NCBI GenBank assembly: GCA_950097015.1 | Contig: CATNEN010000007.1 | Span: forward strand, 11,408,001 to 11,472,000 | Direction of reading: 5' to 3' | DNA length: 64,000 nucleotides | Source: Macrostomum hystrix | Lineage: Eukaryota; Animalia; Platyhelminthes | Part shown: positions 19,797 to 32,800 of the stretch, in pieces | Position numbering within the stretch: position 1 is the first letter of the stretch | How the letters are laid out: the number at the start of each line of letters is the position of its first letter | Notes under the pieces: generated by a model | What the model was told of the DNA's origin: nothing | The model's database searches: none | Seen by the model: the letters and a program-made list of their open reading frames with translations, nothing else | Made by a program: the position numbers and the translations under genes

Positions 19797-22700
19797 CTAG
19801 GACAGACAGGCCACCGGGCCCAGTGGCGTCTCCTCGCGCGAACTCGCGGCTTCGTCCTCCAGCTCCATTGATGCGTCCAGGAAGGCGTCGGAGGATCGAC
19901 TCCGCCGGACTGGCTGCTCGGCCCAGACCGGGACGGCGTCCCCGCCCTGAATGAGGACGCTCCTGGGCCGGCGGATCATGATTTCACCGTCGCCAACGGC
20001 GGCGGCCACGCCAAAGGTGAGCTTCGAGAGCGCGCTGGTGGGGCTTCGGGCGGCGGCGCCGGTCCGCTGGCGTTTCACCTCGGGCCGCTCATCCGCCGCT
20101 GCCGCAGCTGCCGCCGCGGATGCCTCGCCGGAGCGTCGGAGCTGCCGCTCGAACTCCAGCAGCTGGCCGAGGAAGTTGAAATTCGGCGATATGTGGCGCC
20201 GGTGCTGCTTAACAAACCTGCGCGAGGTGGCGGTTGGCTCCTGAGTCAAGCGGGCCAGTTCAATCAGTGCTCGGGAAAGTACGCACACAGCAATTATCCT
20301 CTACCTGTAGGCCTCGTCCTGGCTCATGCCTCGGTGCATCATGATGTAGGCAATGGAGAGCGTAGGTGACCGCGAGATGCCAGCCAGGCAGTGGACCAGG
20401 CAGCGCCCAGAGGACTCTCGGACACGCTCTGAGTCAAGTTTGCAGTGCGGGTGAGTCTTCGAAAGAACAGCATGCTATTGCGCTTGCGACAATAGGCAGT
20501 GGGGAGCGAAGAGGAACAATCGCTGGCGATGACTCACACTCCCAACTCTCCCATCGGCATTCCGCGGCCCCGCCCCAGCACCCGCCTCCCCCCAAGCAAC
20601 TTAAGCAGAATGGCATGCGGCACTGATGCAAATGGGGGTCGGACCGGGGCGCAATAAAAATAGCCCTTTGATTCATTGATTGCGAAGGTCAAGCGCATAC
20701 CACATCAACCCGAATGTGAGTCATCGCCTGTTTGCTAGGGTGCACGGCAGTTTGCGCTAGATCTAGATCAAATTCGCGCCTGTCTCATTTGCGTATATGA
20801 CGAACATTACGTCTTTCTAGGAAAATGATGTACTCGTAAAGCAACTCTCAAAGAACAGTTTATGTTACACCGCGGAATAAATAACAGTCAATTGTCAGCG
20901 CTGTCTGCGAGCTATGAAATGCAATAAATATGTCAAACCCCTTGAGCAGTCCGGCTGCTGAGCACTCACCGAGAAAGTTGAAAGCTCGCTGGAAGTGCGG
21001 CAGAAGTTTGTCTGTGTAGCCGTCGTTGACGGGAATTCGCAGGAAGTTTGCCTCAGGCACATGCTGCGACTGGGGACAGGCGATGCTCACGTTTAGAACG
21101 TGGGTGATGCCGAAGCGCTTCATCACCTCAGCGTCAAGCGCGTCGGCCTGGGAGCCTATGTACAGATGGGCCAGCACCCGGGTTGGACCCACATTGGGCA
21201 GCTGGGCTGTCTCCATGGCCTCGCAGTCCTCGTTGCCGCTGTGCACCTGCTGCTGCTGCAGCTGCTTGGCGCCATTCGGCGACTGGAACTCCTGTAGTCC
21301 GCTGCCTGAAAGGCGGTGGTTCGAGCGCTGTTTGTCAGCCAGTTGGGCCTGGAGACCGCAGCAGGTGTGGCTGACGGCGGGTGCAGTGGCCTGTCCTGCA
21401 ACAACACCGCCGCCTCCGCCGCCACCGCCGCCAAACTTGAGGCCGCATGGACGGTTCTTTCGGCATAGCACCATTTCAGATTTCGATGTAACTGACGGGG
21501 AGATAGGATCTGTTGAAGTTGTTCTGTCCCCACGGGATAATGACGGCTGTGGCAGGAATCGCAACTGCCACGGCACTGGCGAAGTGTTAAATGCAGGTCT
21601 GGGGGAGAAAGCGATCCGTAGATCTCTCTGCTAACAGGAATCCAGCTTGGCTTCTGACCCCGTAACGCGAAGTCGATCCCAATAAATGTTAGAGGTTATT
21701 CTTGCACAAGAGATTGCATAGACGCGGTGCAAACCTAAGAGGAGCGTTGGGCTGACTCGGCCAAAACAGCAGGCTGAACCAGTTTTATTCTGGCGGAGCC
21801 TAATTTTAGCCGAAAACAGCCGATGACAGCGAGGCTATTTTTAGCAACGGCCATGTACTGAAACCCCGCTTGGGCAGGAATTGGGGTGGGTGGACAGCCA
21901 GCAGCCAATGCCGGCATGCCAGACTGAGTCAGTTATTATGCTAGGGTGGAATGCGTGTACAGTGCGGACCCCACAATGCGTATTGTAGACTTTCTACCCC
22001 AGTGCCCTCGCCTAGAAACGCCAGACCTATTAGTATATTTCTAATACGCCATTTAATGCAAGGCAAAAACGTCATGCTAAAATTTAACCGGCTTAAAATA
22101 GAAGGGGGGTAAATGTGCCTCAGGAATAGAGCGGTGGCTGACGGCCTAGCCAATAATAGTTGCACTGTGCGAACAGCCACCGCCACACAATAGGAGGTGA
22201 TGCTACAGAGTCACAAATTCAATGGATGGGCTGGGTGTCTGATTACAGGTGAGGCTCATTCACCCGAGTGACTCATGTGAAGGTCATGGCTAGAATGCAA
22301 ACACTTCAGCCCTTATCACATTGACAGGTAAAGCTTGGGGCTTGGAGAAGCTCCAAATGCTGATAAAATCATGCAGACAAAAGTGCACTGCCTATGATAT
22401 TACTTTTCTATTTATATAAGAGCGCGACTTTCGTCTTACACGCACGCTCGGCTCACGTGATTCTAGAATGCGCAGTTGGACCCCCAGATAAAGGCTTATC
22501 TATATGGCTCTGTTTTGCTGCTGGTTTCACATTTTCTCTACTTGCTTTGCTTTCGGGTTATTTAACATAACACGCTACTGACCAGTAGGGAAGGCTGCGT
22601 TTTTTGTGCGCAAAAGTGACTCAGCTGGCGGAAGTGATGATTGCATTTCTAAGGACAGAAAAGTGCAGAAATTTACTGTCAGCGAAGACGAATGAACTGA

Positions 22701-24379
22701 GAATGGAATGAGAGACAGAAGAGGGAGATGAGAAATGGAAACGGAGAGATGAGAGACGGAAGAGGGAGATGAGAAATGGAAACGGAGAGATGAGAGACGG
22801 AAGAGGGAGATGAGAAATGGAAACGGAGAGATGAGAGACGGAAGAGGGAGATGAGAAATGGAAACGGAGAGATTGGAGACGGAAGAGGGAGATGAGAAAT
22901 GGAAACGGAGAGATCAGAGACGGAAGAGGGAGATGAGAAATGGAAACGGAGAGATTGGAGACGGAAGAGGGAGATGAGAAATGGAAACGGAGAGATTGGA
23001 GACGGAAGAGGGAGATGAGAAATGGAAACGGAGAGATTGGAGACGGAAGAGGGAGATGAGAAATGGAAACGGAGAGATTGGAGACGGAGAAGGGAAATTG
23101 GAGACGGAGAAGGGAGATTGGAGACGGAGAAGGGAGATTGGAGACGGAGAAGGGAGATTGGAGACGGAGAAGGGAGATTGGAGACGGAGAAGGGAGATTG
23201 GAGACGGAGAAGGGAGATTGGAGACGGAGGAGGGAGATTGCAGATGGAGAAGGGAGATTGGAGACGAAGAAGGGAGATTGGAGACGGAGGAGGGAGATTG
23301 CAGATGGAGAAGGGAGATTGGAGACGGAGAAGGGAGATTGGAGACGGAGAAGGGAGATTGGAGACGGAGAAGGGAGATTGGAGACGGAGAAGGGAGATTG
23401 CAGACGGAGAAGGGAGATTGGAGACGAAGAAGGGAGATTGGAGACGAAGAAGGGAGATTGGAGACGAAGAAGGGAGATTGGAGACGGAGGAGGGAGATTG
23501 CAGATGGAGAAGGGAGATTGGAGACGGAGAAGGGAGATTGGAGACGGAGAAGGGAGATTGGAGACGAAGAAGGGAGATTGGAGACGGAGGAGGGAGATTG
23601 CAGATGGAGAAGGGAGATTGGAGACGAAGAAGGGAGATTGGAGACGGAGGAGGGAGATTGCAGATGGAGAAGGGAGATTGGAGACGGAGAAGGGGGATTG
23701 GACACTGAGAAGGGAGATTGGAGACGGAGGAGGGAGATTGCAGACGGAGAAGGGAGATTGGAGACGAAGAAGGGAGATTGGAGACGGAGAAGGGAGATTG
23801 GAGACGAAGAAGGGAGATTGGAGACGGAGGAGGGAGATTGCAGATGGAGAAGGGAGATTGGAGACGAAGAAGGGAGATTGGAGACGGAGGAGGGAGATTG
23901 GAGACGAAGAAGGGAGATTGGAGACGGAGGAGGGAGATTGCAGATGGAGAAGGGAGATTGGAGACGAAGAAGGGAGATTGGAGACGGAGGAGGGAGATGA
24001 GAGACGGAGGAGGGGAGGGATGGGATACGTGAAGGGGACAGACGAATAAATTAGTTAGTAAGTTTGAGGGAAGCAAAGCAATATGCGTCCAAGGTGTGAA
24101 TGCACAGAAAAAACGAACAAGGCTTTGAGCAGTGCTCACCTTTCCGCCTCTTGCGCCCGCCCAGGATGCTGGGGTTGGCGGAGATCGGGCTGAGTGGCGA
24201 GCCGAGGCTGCCGACATCCGCCGGGAGCTGCAGTCCGCCTGGTGGCTGCGGGAACTCCAGGTGCAGCCTTCCCGGCCGAGCCTTCTTTACAGTCGGCAGG
24301 GGCGCCGAGGCCGACACCGCCGTCGCTGCCGCTGTCGACGCCGCATTCTCAATCTCCTCTTCGACACGCATAGCTGCTT
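19797..24379 (-). CDS. Dual-specificity MAPK phosphatase (DUSP8/16- or puckered-like). Exons 24379-24140, 21491(or 21305)-20970, 20428-20305, 20217-19797. The 5' end may lie further upstream
   Basis: GPTRVLAHLYIGSQ...GITHVLNVS...FLRIPVND. The catalytic exon (missing from the ORF track) encodes CLVHCLAGISRSPTLSIAYIM, followed by FVKQHRRHISPNFNFLGQLLEFE. Splice phases are consistent. Confidence 0.92.
22705..24012. repeat. Purine-rich minisatellite: 41-bp units grading into 20-bp (gagacggagaagggagattg)n, in a DUSP intron
   Basis: Tandem periodicity is directly visible. Confidence 0.97.
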
Positions 24380-25240
24380 CTGTGGGTATTTGGGGATCTG
24401 GGATCTGGGATCTGGGATCTGGGATCTGGTGCGATGCGGGGCAGTTTAGGAATTCGATGACACGATGAGAGGAAATTATGAATCAGACAGAAGGCTTTGC
24501 TTTTCGGGGAGAAACTGCAGTGGGAAGTGACTCGCAATTTATGCCCTCACCGCCCATCGCAAGTCCGTGAGCCCCTCATGGCGGGGCGGAGTGGGGATTT
24601 CCCGGCCTGAACAAAGGCCCAGTCGGCTCGCCCCGCATTGGGCAAGCCGGACCGCTGACTCACCCCAGCTACACTGCCCCGTGCTGCTCGCGGCGGAGGG
24701 GGGGGCACGTATCGGGGTTTCCCCGGTCGTTGCCTGGCAACGCTACGCCTGGCGAGCCTCCTCTTTGGTTCCTGGGCAAATCTATTTTTAGAACACCGCT
24801 TTCATAGTAGCAGAGAAAACTGACTAATCAAGGCATCACTGTGCGCAAATTAATAGGTAGGGAAGGGGAGGGGTTGACAGGCCTCTTTAAACACTGCGGA
24901 ACAGCGGACACCGGAAATCTGCCAGTCTGACTAATGGAATTAATTTCTTTCACTCACAATGTTTTGGGAAGCACCACTCAGAGTTGCGCATTTCTAACTC
25001 GCTCGCGGAGGTGGGGTGGACCGCTGTCATTTGTGACTAATTCCGAGCCAGGTAGCTGATAGCCGAAGATAAGGCTCTGATTAAGCATCCGATCAGCTCT
25101 TGTGGTGGGGCTGAATTTCACAATTAAAGTTTTACTAGGTTAAACAAGGGGCGGAATACAGCGGGCGGTCCGTGACTCATGCGCCAACAACACTACAGCC
25201 TGGCTAGTGTTCCGCTTATTCATTTGGGTAGGATCCGACA

Positions 25241-25992
25241 GTTGATCAGTGACCCAATCAGTTCATCAATGATCCAATCAGTTCATCAATGACCCAATCA
25301 GTTCATCAGTGACCCAATCAGTTCATCAATGACCCAATCAGTTCATCAATGACCCAATCAGTTCATCAATGACCCAATCACTTCATCAATGACCCAATCA
25401 GTTCATCAATGACCCAATCAGTTCATCAATGACCCAATCAGTTCATCAATGACCCAATTAGTTCATCAGTGACCCAATCAGTTCATCAATGACCCAATCA
25501 GTTCATCAATGACCCAATCAGTTCATCAATGACCCAATCAGTTCATCAATGACCCAATTAGTTCATCAGTGACCTTAATCAGTTCATCAATGACCCAATC
25601 ACTTCATCAATGACCCAATCAGTTCATCAATGACCCAATCAGTTCATCAATGACCCAATCAGTTCATCAATGACCCAATCAGTTCATCAGTGACCTTAAT
25701 CAGTTCATCAATGACCCAATAAGTTCATCAATGACCCAATCAGTTCATCAATGACCCAATAAGTTCATCAATGACCCAATAAGTTCATCAATGACCCAGT
25801 CAGTTAATCAATGAACAAATCGATTCGGCAATCATCCAATAATCTTACTAATGACCCAATTATTTCAACAATAACCCAATAATTTCACCACTGAACTAAT
25901 TTTTTAAAGAGTGACCAAAGTCTCATCAATGACCCGAAAATCTCATCAATGACCCAATAATTTCACCAATGACCCAATAGTCTCATCAATGA
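25241..25992. repeat. 20-bp minisatellite (gttcatcaatgacccaatca)n
   Basis: More than 30 copies, degenerating at the right end. Confidence 0.95.
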
Positions 25993-26451
25993 CACTTGAT
26001 CGATCATCATTCACTTATTAACATTCAACTATTATAATTATTCTGTAATACTCTTAAGCAGTCACGTGACCTACACGGAGGGTACTCATGCCACAATGAG
26101 TGTCAGCCAGCGATAAGAATTGTCGCCACCCAAACCGCGGCCTGCAATTGCGGTTTCAGCGAGTGAGTCAATGGGTGCTGATGATTAACACGGCAGAACA
26201 GGCAGTGGCTGACTAAACAAAGCGCATTGCGCGTTGCAGCAGACCCCACTGACTAAGCGGGCTGGACTCCGAAAATCGGAGCAGGCTTCGGGGTGCATGG
26301 GTCACTGGACACATGCTGCTGCAGAGCATAGAGCCCGAATTAGTTAGTCCTGTGCATGCATGCGCTCTCTATAAGTGTTTTTATTTATTAGGTCTGCTAA
26401 AATTTATCATTTTAATTTGACACTAGAAATGCATTGGTTATTACATAGCAG

Positions 26452-27650
26452 ACCTATTAGGAACCATGCCTGTAAGGAACCTATACCTGTTAGGGAACTA
26501 TACCTGTTAGGAAACTATACCTGCTAGGAACCAATGTCTGTTAGGAAACTGTACCTGTCAGGAACCTATACCTGTCAGGAAACTGTACCTGTCAGGAACA
26601 TATACCTGTTAGGAACCTATACCTGTTAGGAAACTATACCTGTCAGGAAACTATACCTGCTAGGAACCAATGTCTGTTAGGAAACTGTACCTGTCAGGAA
26701 CCTATACCTGTCAGGAAACTGTACCTGTCAGGAACATATACCTGTTAGGAACCTATACATGTTAGGAAACTGTACCTGTTAGGAACCATGCCTGTAAGGA
26801 ACCTATACCTGTTAGGGAACCATACCTGTCAGGAAACTATACCTGCTAGGAACCTATACCTGTTAGGAACCAATGTCTGTTAGGAAACTGTACCTGTTAG
26901 GAACCTATATATGTAAGGAACATATATATGTTAGGAACCTATATATGTTAGGAACCACACCTGTTAGGAAATTGTATAGTTATATAGTTACACTTGTAAA
27001 GTTATACTTGTTAGTAAACTATACCTGTTAGGATCCTATACCTGATAGGAAACTATACCTGCTACGAGTAGGAACATATACCTGTTAGGAAACTATACCT
27101 GTTAGGAAACTCTACCTGTTAGGAAACTCTACCTGTTAGGAAACTCTACCTGTTAGGAAACTCTACCTGTTAGGAAACTCTACCTGTTAGGAAACTCTAC
27201 CTGTTAGGAAACTCTACCTGTTAGGAAACTCTACCTGTTAGGAAACTATACCTGTCAGGAAACTGTACCTGTTAGGAACCTATACATGTTAGGAACCACA
27301 CCTGTTAGGAAATACTTGTATAGTTTTACTTGCTAGTAAACTATACCTGTTAGGATCCTATACCTGATAGGAAACTATACCTGCTACGAGTAGGAACATA
27401 TACCTGTTAGGAAACTCTACCTGTTAGGAAACTATACCTGTAAGGAAACTCTACCTGTTAGGAAACTATACCTGTCAGGAAACTATACCTGTCAGGAAAC
27501 TGTACCTGTTAGGAAACTCTACCTGTTAGGAAACTATACCTGTTAGGAAACTCTACCTGTTAGGAAACTATACCTGTTAGGAAACTCTACCTGTTAGAAA
27601 CTCTACCTGTTAGGAACCACACCTGTTCGGAACCTATACTGGTTTGGAAC
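26452..27650. repeat. ~19-bp minisatellite (acctgttaggaaactct/at)n
   Basis: Tandem copies with variants. Confidence 0.95.
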
Positions 27651-28227
27651 CATACGCCGGTCCAAGGATCTCTGTCAGTCAGTGACAACCGGATCTGCCC
27701 TGAGCATGAATCAGTTAACGAGTCTGCGATCTGTCGTCGCACATTGGAAACTGGCATGCCCGGTTCCGTCGCACATTGGAAACTGGCATGCCCGGTTCCG
27801 ATCATAGAACCCGAAAGCACAGCGCGTTTGCAAGTGTCAATAAAGGAGCTAAGTCATCGATATTTGGGAATTTATTTATGAATGCTGGGATCTGAAACCG
27901 CTCGGCAGTGAGTCAGCCAGGGTCGGCAGCTCAACACTTCACAATTCTGATCTCGATTTTTTGGCCTCAAGCTTAATCTGATAATAGAGCTGCTCCTGCT
28001 GCTGCTGTGTCCTCCCTCTAGGCGCTAATTTTCCCTGCCTCCGATAATCAGTGCCATCCTGCCGATGCGGAGATAAGCAAGTGCGGGATTGCTGGTGTGA
28101 CTCAACTCCCCCCAAATGTTTGCTGAGCTCATTCATGCCTTCCTGAGCTTGAGCTGTTCGGTGACCACCGCAAAGCATTCCTTTCTTTCTTCCTTCCTTT
28201 CCATGACAAATATGCTTTGAGCTTCAG

Positions 28228-28405
28228 GAGATCCTCATGTGATGTGCTGAGATTCTAGAAATCCTCAGGTGAACTGCTATAAGATTCTAGGAATCCTCAG
28301 GTGATGTGCTATGAGATTCTAGGAATCCTCAGGTGATGTGCTATGAGATTCTAGGAATCCTCAGGTGATGTGCTATGAGATTCTAGGAATCCTCAGGTGA
28401 TGTGC
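28228..28405. repeat. ~31-bp tandem repeat (gagattctaggaatcctcaggtgatgtgctat)
   Basis: About 5 copies. Confidence 0.9.
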
Positions 28406-29871
28406 TCAAATGCAGCCCAATTGAGTCTTACGTAGGTCTGAGGTCAGAGGGCCGTGAGCTCCCCTCTCGCTGGATAAACAGGGCTGGGATCTTTTAATAC
28501 CCGCTCGCAACTGCTACTTCCCCTGCGCCAGCAACAGGCATTATTAAGGCGAAATTCTCCCACAATGAGTCAGCGGGGCGCGCATTCAGTTTTTTCCTCA
28601 AATTGAAATTCCCCTAACAAAAATCTGCGGCCAGTTCTGAAGAAGCAAAACAAATTATGAAATATGAGCACGCCTCTGAGAATGGGAACTCAAATGAGCG
28701 ACTCGCGCAGCTGTCAAACCTGCCGGCAGGAAAATGCAAATTTCTGCCTCGGCCCAACAATATTGATAGGCTGGGAGAAGCGCTGAGTCCGCTCAACTGA
28801 TTTGAGCAGAATTACGCAACTTGAGGATCTCGTCGCGATTAATCCCGACAAAAACTGCGGCTCCTTATCCCGAAGAGTCAATTCCCTAAGTGGGGGGGGG
28901 GTCGCGCCCGGCAACGCGGAACTCCCGCCCTTTGTGAGTCATCGCCCTTCTCTCACCTTTCAGCAGGCCGTGGGATCGGAATCGGGGGGCTTTGACAAAC
29001 ATTTTCTCTCCCCACCTCTCCACTGAAATCCCAAATCCCAGGTTTGCACGCTGCTCTCTTCCCAGCCGGGGCGGGAGGGGATTACACAAACTCCGTGTCA
29101 CTTCCCCGGCACAACTCCCGGCCCCTCGGTCTGCGCCGGCATGAAATCCACAACAACAACTCGACTGAGTCAGACAGGCAGGTGGGGCCTACTCAGGTGA
29201 GACAGGAGAAAGAGAAATGCAAGGTGAGCGAGGGAAAATAATGAGTAAGATTGACAAGGTGTGGCTAACAGATGCTGGGGCTCATCTCAGTGATATCAAA
29301 ATCCCATCTCTCCCAGTTTTCGGGATCGTTTCCGAGCTACGAAGGATGTCAGATCCGGGCGCGCAAATCACCAGTTTAAAATTGCGCAGATCGCCAATCA
29401 GTGACTCAGCTCAACTGACAGATGACGCAAGGCCCGCGTGACTGACGCAAATGCCATCGGTGAGACAGGCAGGAGAAGCATTGGGAACAGGGATTGGGGT
29501 GGGCTTTGGGATTTTTGGGAATGAGAGCAGGCCAACAATGAGTTCCGCGAATGAGTAAGAGCTGTTTCAGAGGTCGCAAGTGACTAACACATTGGGGAGG
29601 GGCGACAAGTGTTGTCGGTGGCGTATGCGTGCCTGCTGGTGGCGACTGGCCTCGGAGATTACGTAATTAGTGGATTAGTAAGCCAGCCTGAATTGCTTAT
29701 CATCGACAAATTATCGCCAAGCGACCTGCGCCATGCGAGCTGGGCACGGATGCGAGGCAGTTGCAAATATTGCTGACCCTTCACAGAATTACATTGTGAA
29801 CTGCCTGAAAGGCGAGTTCAGGTTTTTTACCCATGATATTTACCCCTCAGGTTCACACTGACGCCAGATAA

Positions 29872-32800
29872 GACCCTCAGATTCGCACAGATCCCCTCAG
29901 ATTCGCACAGATCCCCTCAGATTCGCACGGATCCCATCATTCTAACAGATCCTACAGATTCGCACAGATCCCCTCAGATTCGCACAGATCCCATAATTCT
30001 AACAGATCCCCTCAGATTCGCACAGATCCCATAATTCTAACAGATCCCCTCAGATTCGAACAGATCCCTCAGATTCGAACAGACCCCCTCAGATTCGAAC
30101 AGATCCCCTCAGATTCGAACAGATCCCCTCAGATTCGCACAGACCCCCTCCGATTCTAACAGATCCCTCAGATTCGAACAGATCCCTCAGATTCTAACAG
30201 ATCCCCTCAGATTCGAACAGATCCCCTCAGATTCGCACAGACCCCCTCAGACTCAAACAGATCCCCTCAGATTCGAACAGATCCCCTCAATTTCCAACAG
30301 ATTCCTCAGATTCGAACAGATCCCTCAGATTCGAACAGATCCCTCAGATTCTAACAGATCCCTCAGATTCGAACAGATCCCTCAGATTCGAACAGATCCC
30401 TCAGATTCGAACAGATCCCATAATTCTAACAGATCCCCTCAGATTCGAACAGATCCCCTCAGATTCCAACAGATTCCTCAGATTCGAACAGATCCCATAA
30501 TTCTAACAGATCCCCTCAGATTCGAACAGATCCCCTCAGATTCCAACAGATTCCTCAGATTCGAACAGATCCCATAATTCTAACAGATCCCCTCAGATTC
30601 GAACAGATCCCTCAGATTCGAACAGATCCCATAATTCTAACAGATCCCCTCAGATTCCAACAGATTCCTCAGATTCGAACAGATCCCATAATTCTAACAG
30701 ATCCCTCAGATTCGAACAGATCCCCTCAGATTCGAACAGATCCCCTCAGATTCGAACAGATCCCTCAGATTCGAACAGATCCCATAATTCTAACAGATCC
30801 CCTCAGATTCCAACAGATTCCTCAGATTCGAACAGATCCCTCAGATTCGAACAGATCCCATAATTCTAACAGATCCCCTCAGATTCCAACAGATTCCTCA
30901 GATTCGAACAGATCCCTCAGATTCGAACAGATCCCCTCAGATTCGAACAGATCCCTCAGATTCGAACAGATCCCATAATTCTAACAGATCCCCTCAGATT
31001 CCAACAGATCCCTCAGATTCGCACAGACCCCCTCAGATTCGAACAGATCCCCTCAGATTCCAACAGATTCCTCAGATTCGAACAGATCCCATAATTCTAA
31101 CAGATCCCATAATTCTAACAGATCCCATAATTCTAACAGATCCCATAATTCTAACAGATCCCATAATTCTAACAGATCCCATAATTCTAACAGATCCCAT
31201 AATTCTAACAGATCCCATAATTCTAACAGATCCCATAATTCTAACAGATCCCATAATTCTAACAGATCCCATAATTCTAGCAGATCCCATAATTCTAACA
31301 GATCCCATAATTCTAACAGATCCTATAATTCTAACAGATCCCTCAGATTCGAACAGATCCCCTCAGATTCGAACAGACCCCCTCAGATTCGAACAGATCC
31401 CCTCAGATTCGAACAGACCCCCTCAGATTCGAACAGATCCCCTCAGATTCTAATAGATCCCTCAGATTCGAACAGATCCCCTCAGATTCGAACAGATCCC
31501 TCAGATTCGAACAGATCCCATAATTCTAACAGATCCCCTCAGATTCCAACAGATCCCTCAGATTCGCACAGACCCCCTCAGATTCGAACAGATCCCCTCA
31601 GATTCCAACAGATTCCTCAGATTCGAACAGATCCCATAATTCTAACAGATCCCATAATTCTAACAGATCCCATAATTCTAACAGATCCCATAATTCTAAC
31701 AGATCCCATAATTCTAACAGATCCCATAATTCTAACAGATCCCATAATTCTAACAGATCCCATAATTCTAACAGATCCCATAATTCTAACAGATCCCATA
31801 ATTCTAACAGATCCCATAATTCTAACAGATCCCATAATTCTAACAGATCCCATAATTCTAACAGATCCCATAATTCTAACAGATCCCATAATTCTAACAG
31901 ATCCCATAATTCTAACAGATCCCATAATTCTAACAGATCCCATAATTCTAACAGATCCCATAATTCTAACAGATCCCATAATTCTAACAGATCCCATAAT
32001 TCTAACAGATCCCATAATTCTAACAGATCCCTCAGATTCGAACAGATCCCCTCAGATTCGAACAGACCCCCTCAGATTCGAACAGATCCCCTCAGATTCG
32101 AACAGACCCCCTCAGATTCGAACAGATCCCCTCAGATTCGAACAGATCCCCTCAGATTCGAACAGACCCCCTCAGATTCGAACAGATCCCCTCAGATTCG
32201 AACAGATCCCTCAGATTCGAACAGACCCCCTCAGATTCGAACAGATCCCCTCAGATTCGAACAGATCCCCTCAGATTCGCACAGACCCCCTCAGATTCGA
32301 ACAGATCCCCTCAGATTCCAACAGATTCCTCAGATTCGAACAGATCCCATAATTATAACAGATCTCATAATTCTAACAGATCCCATAATTCTAACAGATC
32401 CCATAATTCTAACAGATCCCATAATTCTAACAGATCCCATAATTCTAACAGATCCCTCAGATTCTAACAGATCCCCTCAGATTCTAACAGATCCCTCAGA
32501 TTCTAACAGATCCCTCAGATTCTAACAGATCCCTCAGATTCGAACAGATCCCCTCGGATTCGAACAGATCCCCTCAGATTCCAACAGATTCCTCAGATTC
32601 GAACAGATCCCATAATTCTAACAGATCCCCTCAGATTCGAACAGATCCCCTCAGATTCCAACAGATTCCTCAGATTCGAACAGATCCCATAATTCTAACA
32701 GATCCCCTCAGATTCGAACAGATCCCTCAGATTCGAACAGATCCCATAATTCTAACAGATCCCCTCAGATTCCAACAGATTCCTCAGATTCGAACAGATC

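Noticed and set aside
22679-24049. Long ORFs of 228-512 aa on both strands
   Set aside because: These are translations of a stop-free intronic minisatellite.
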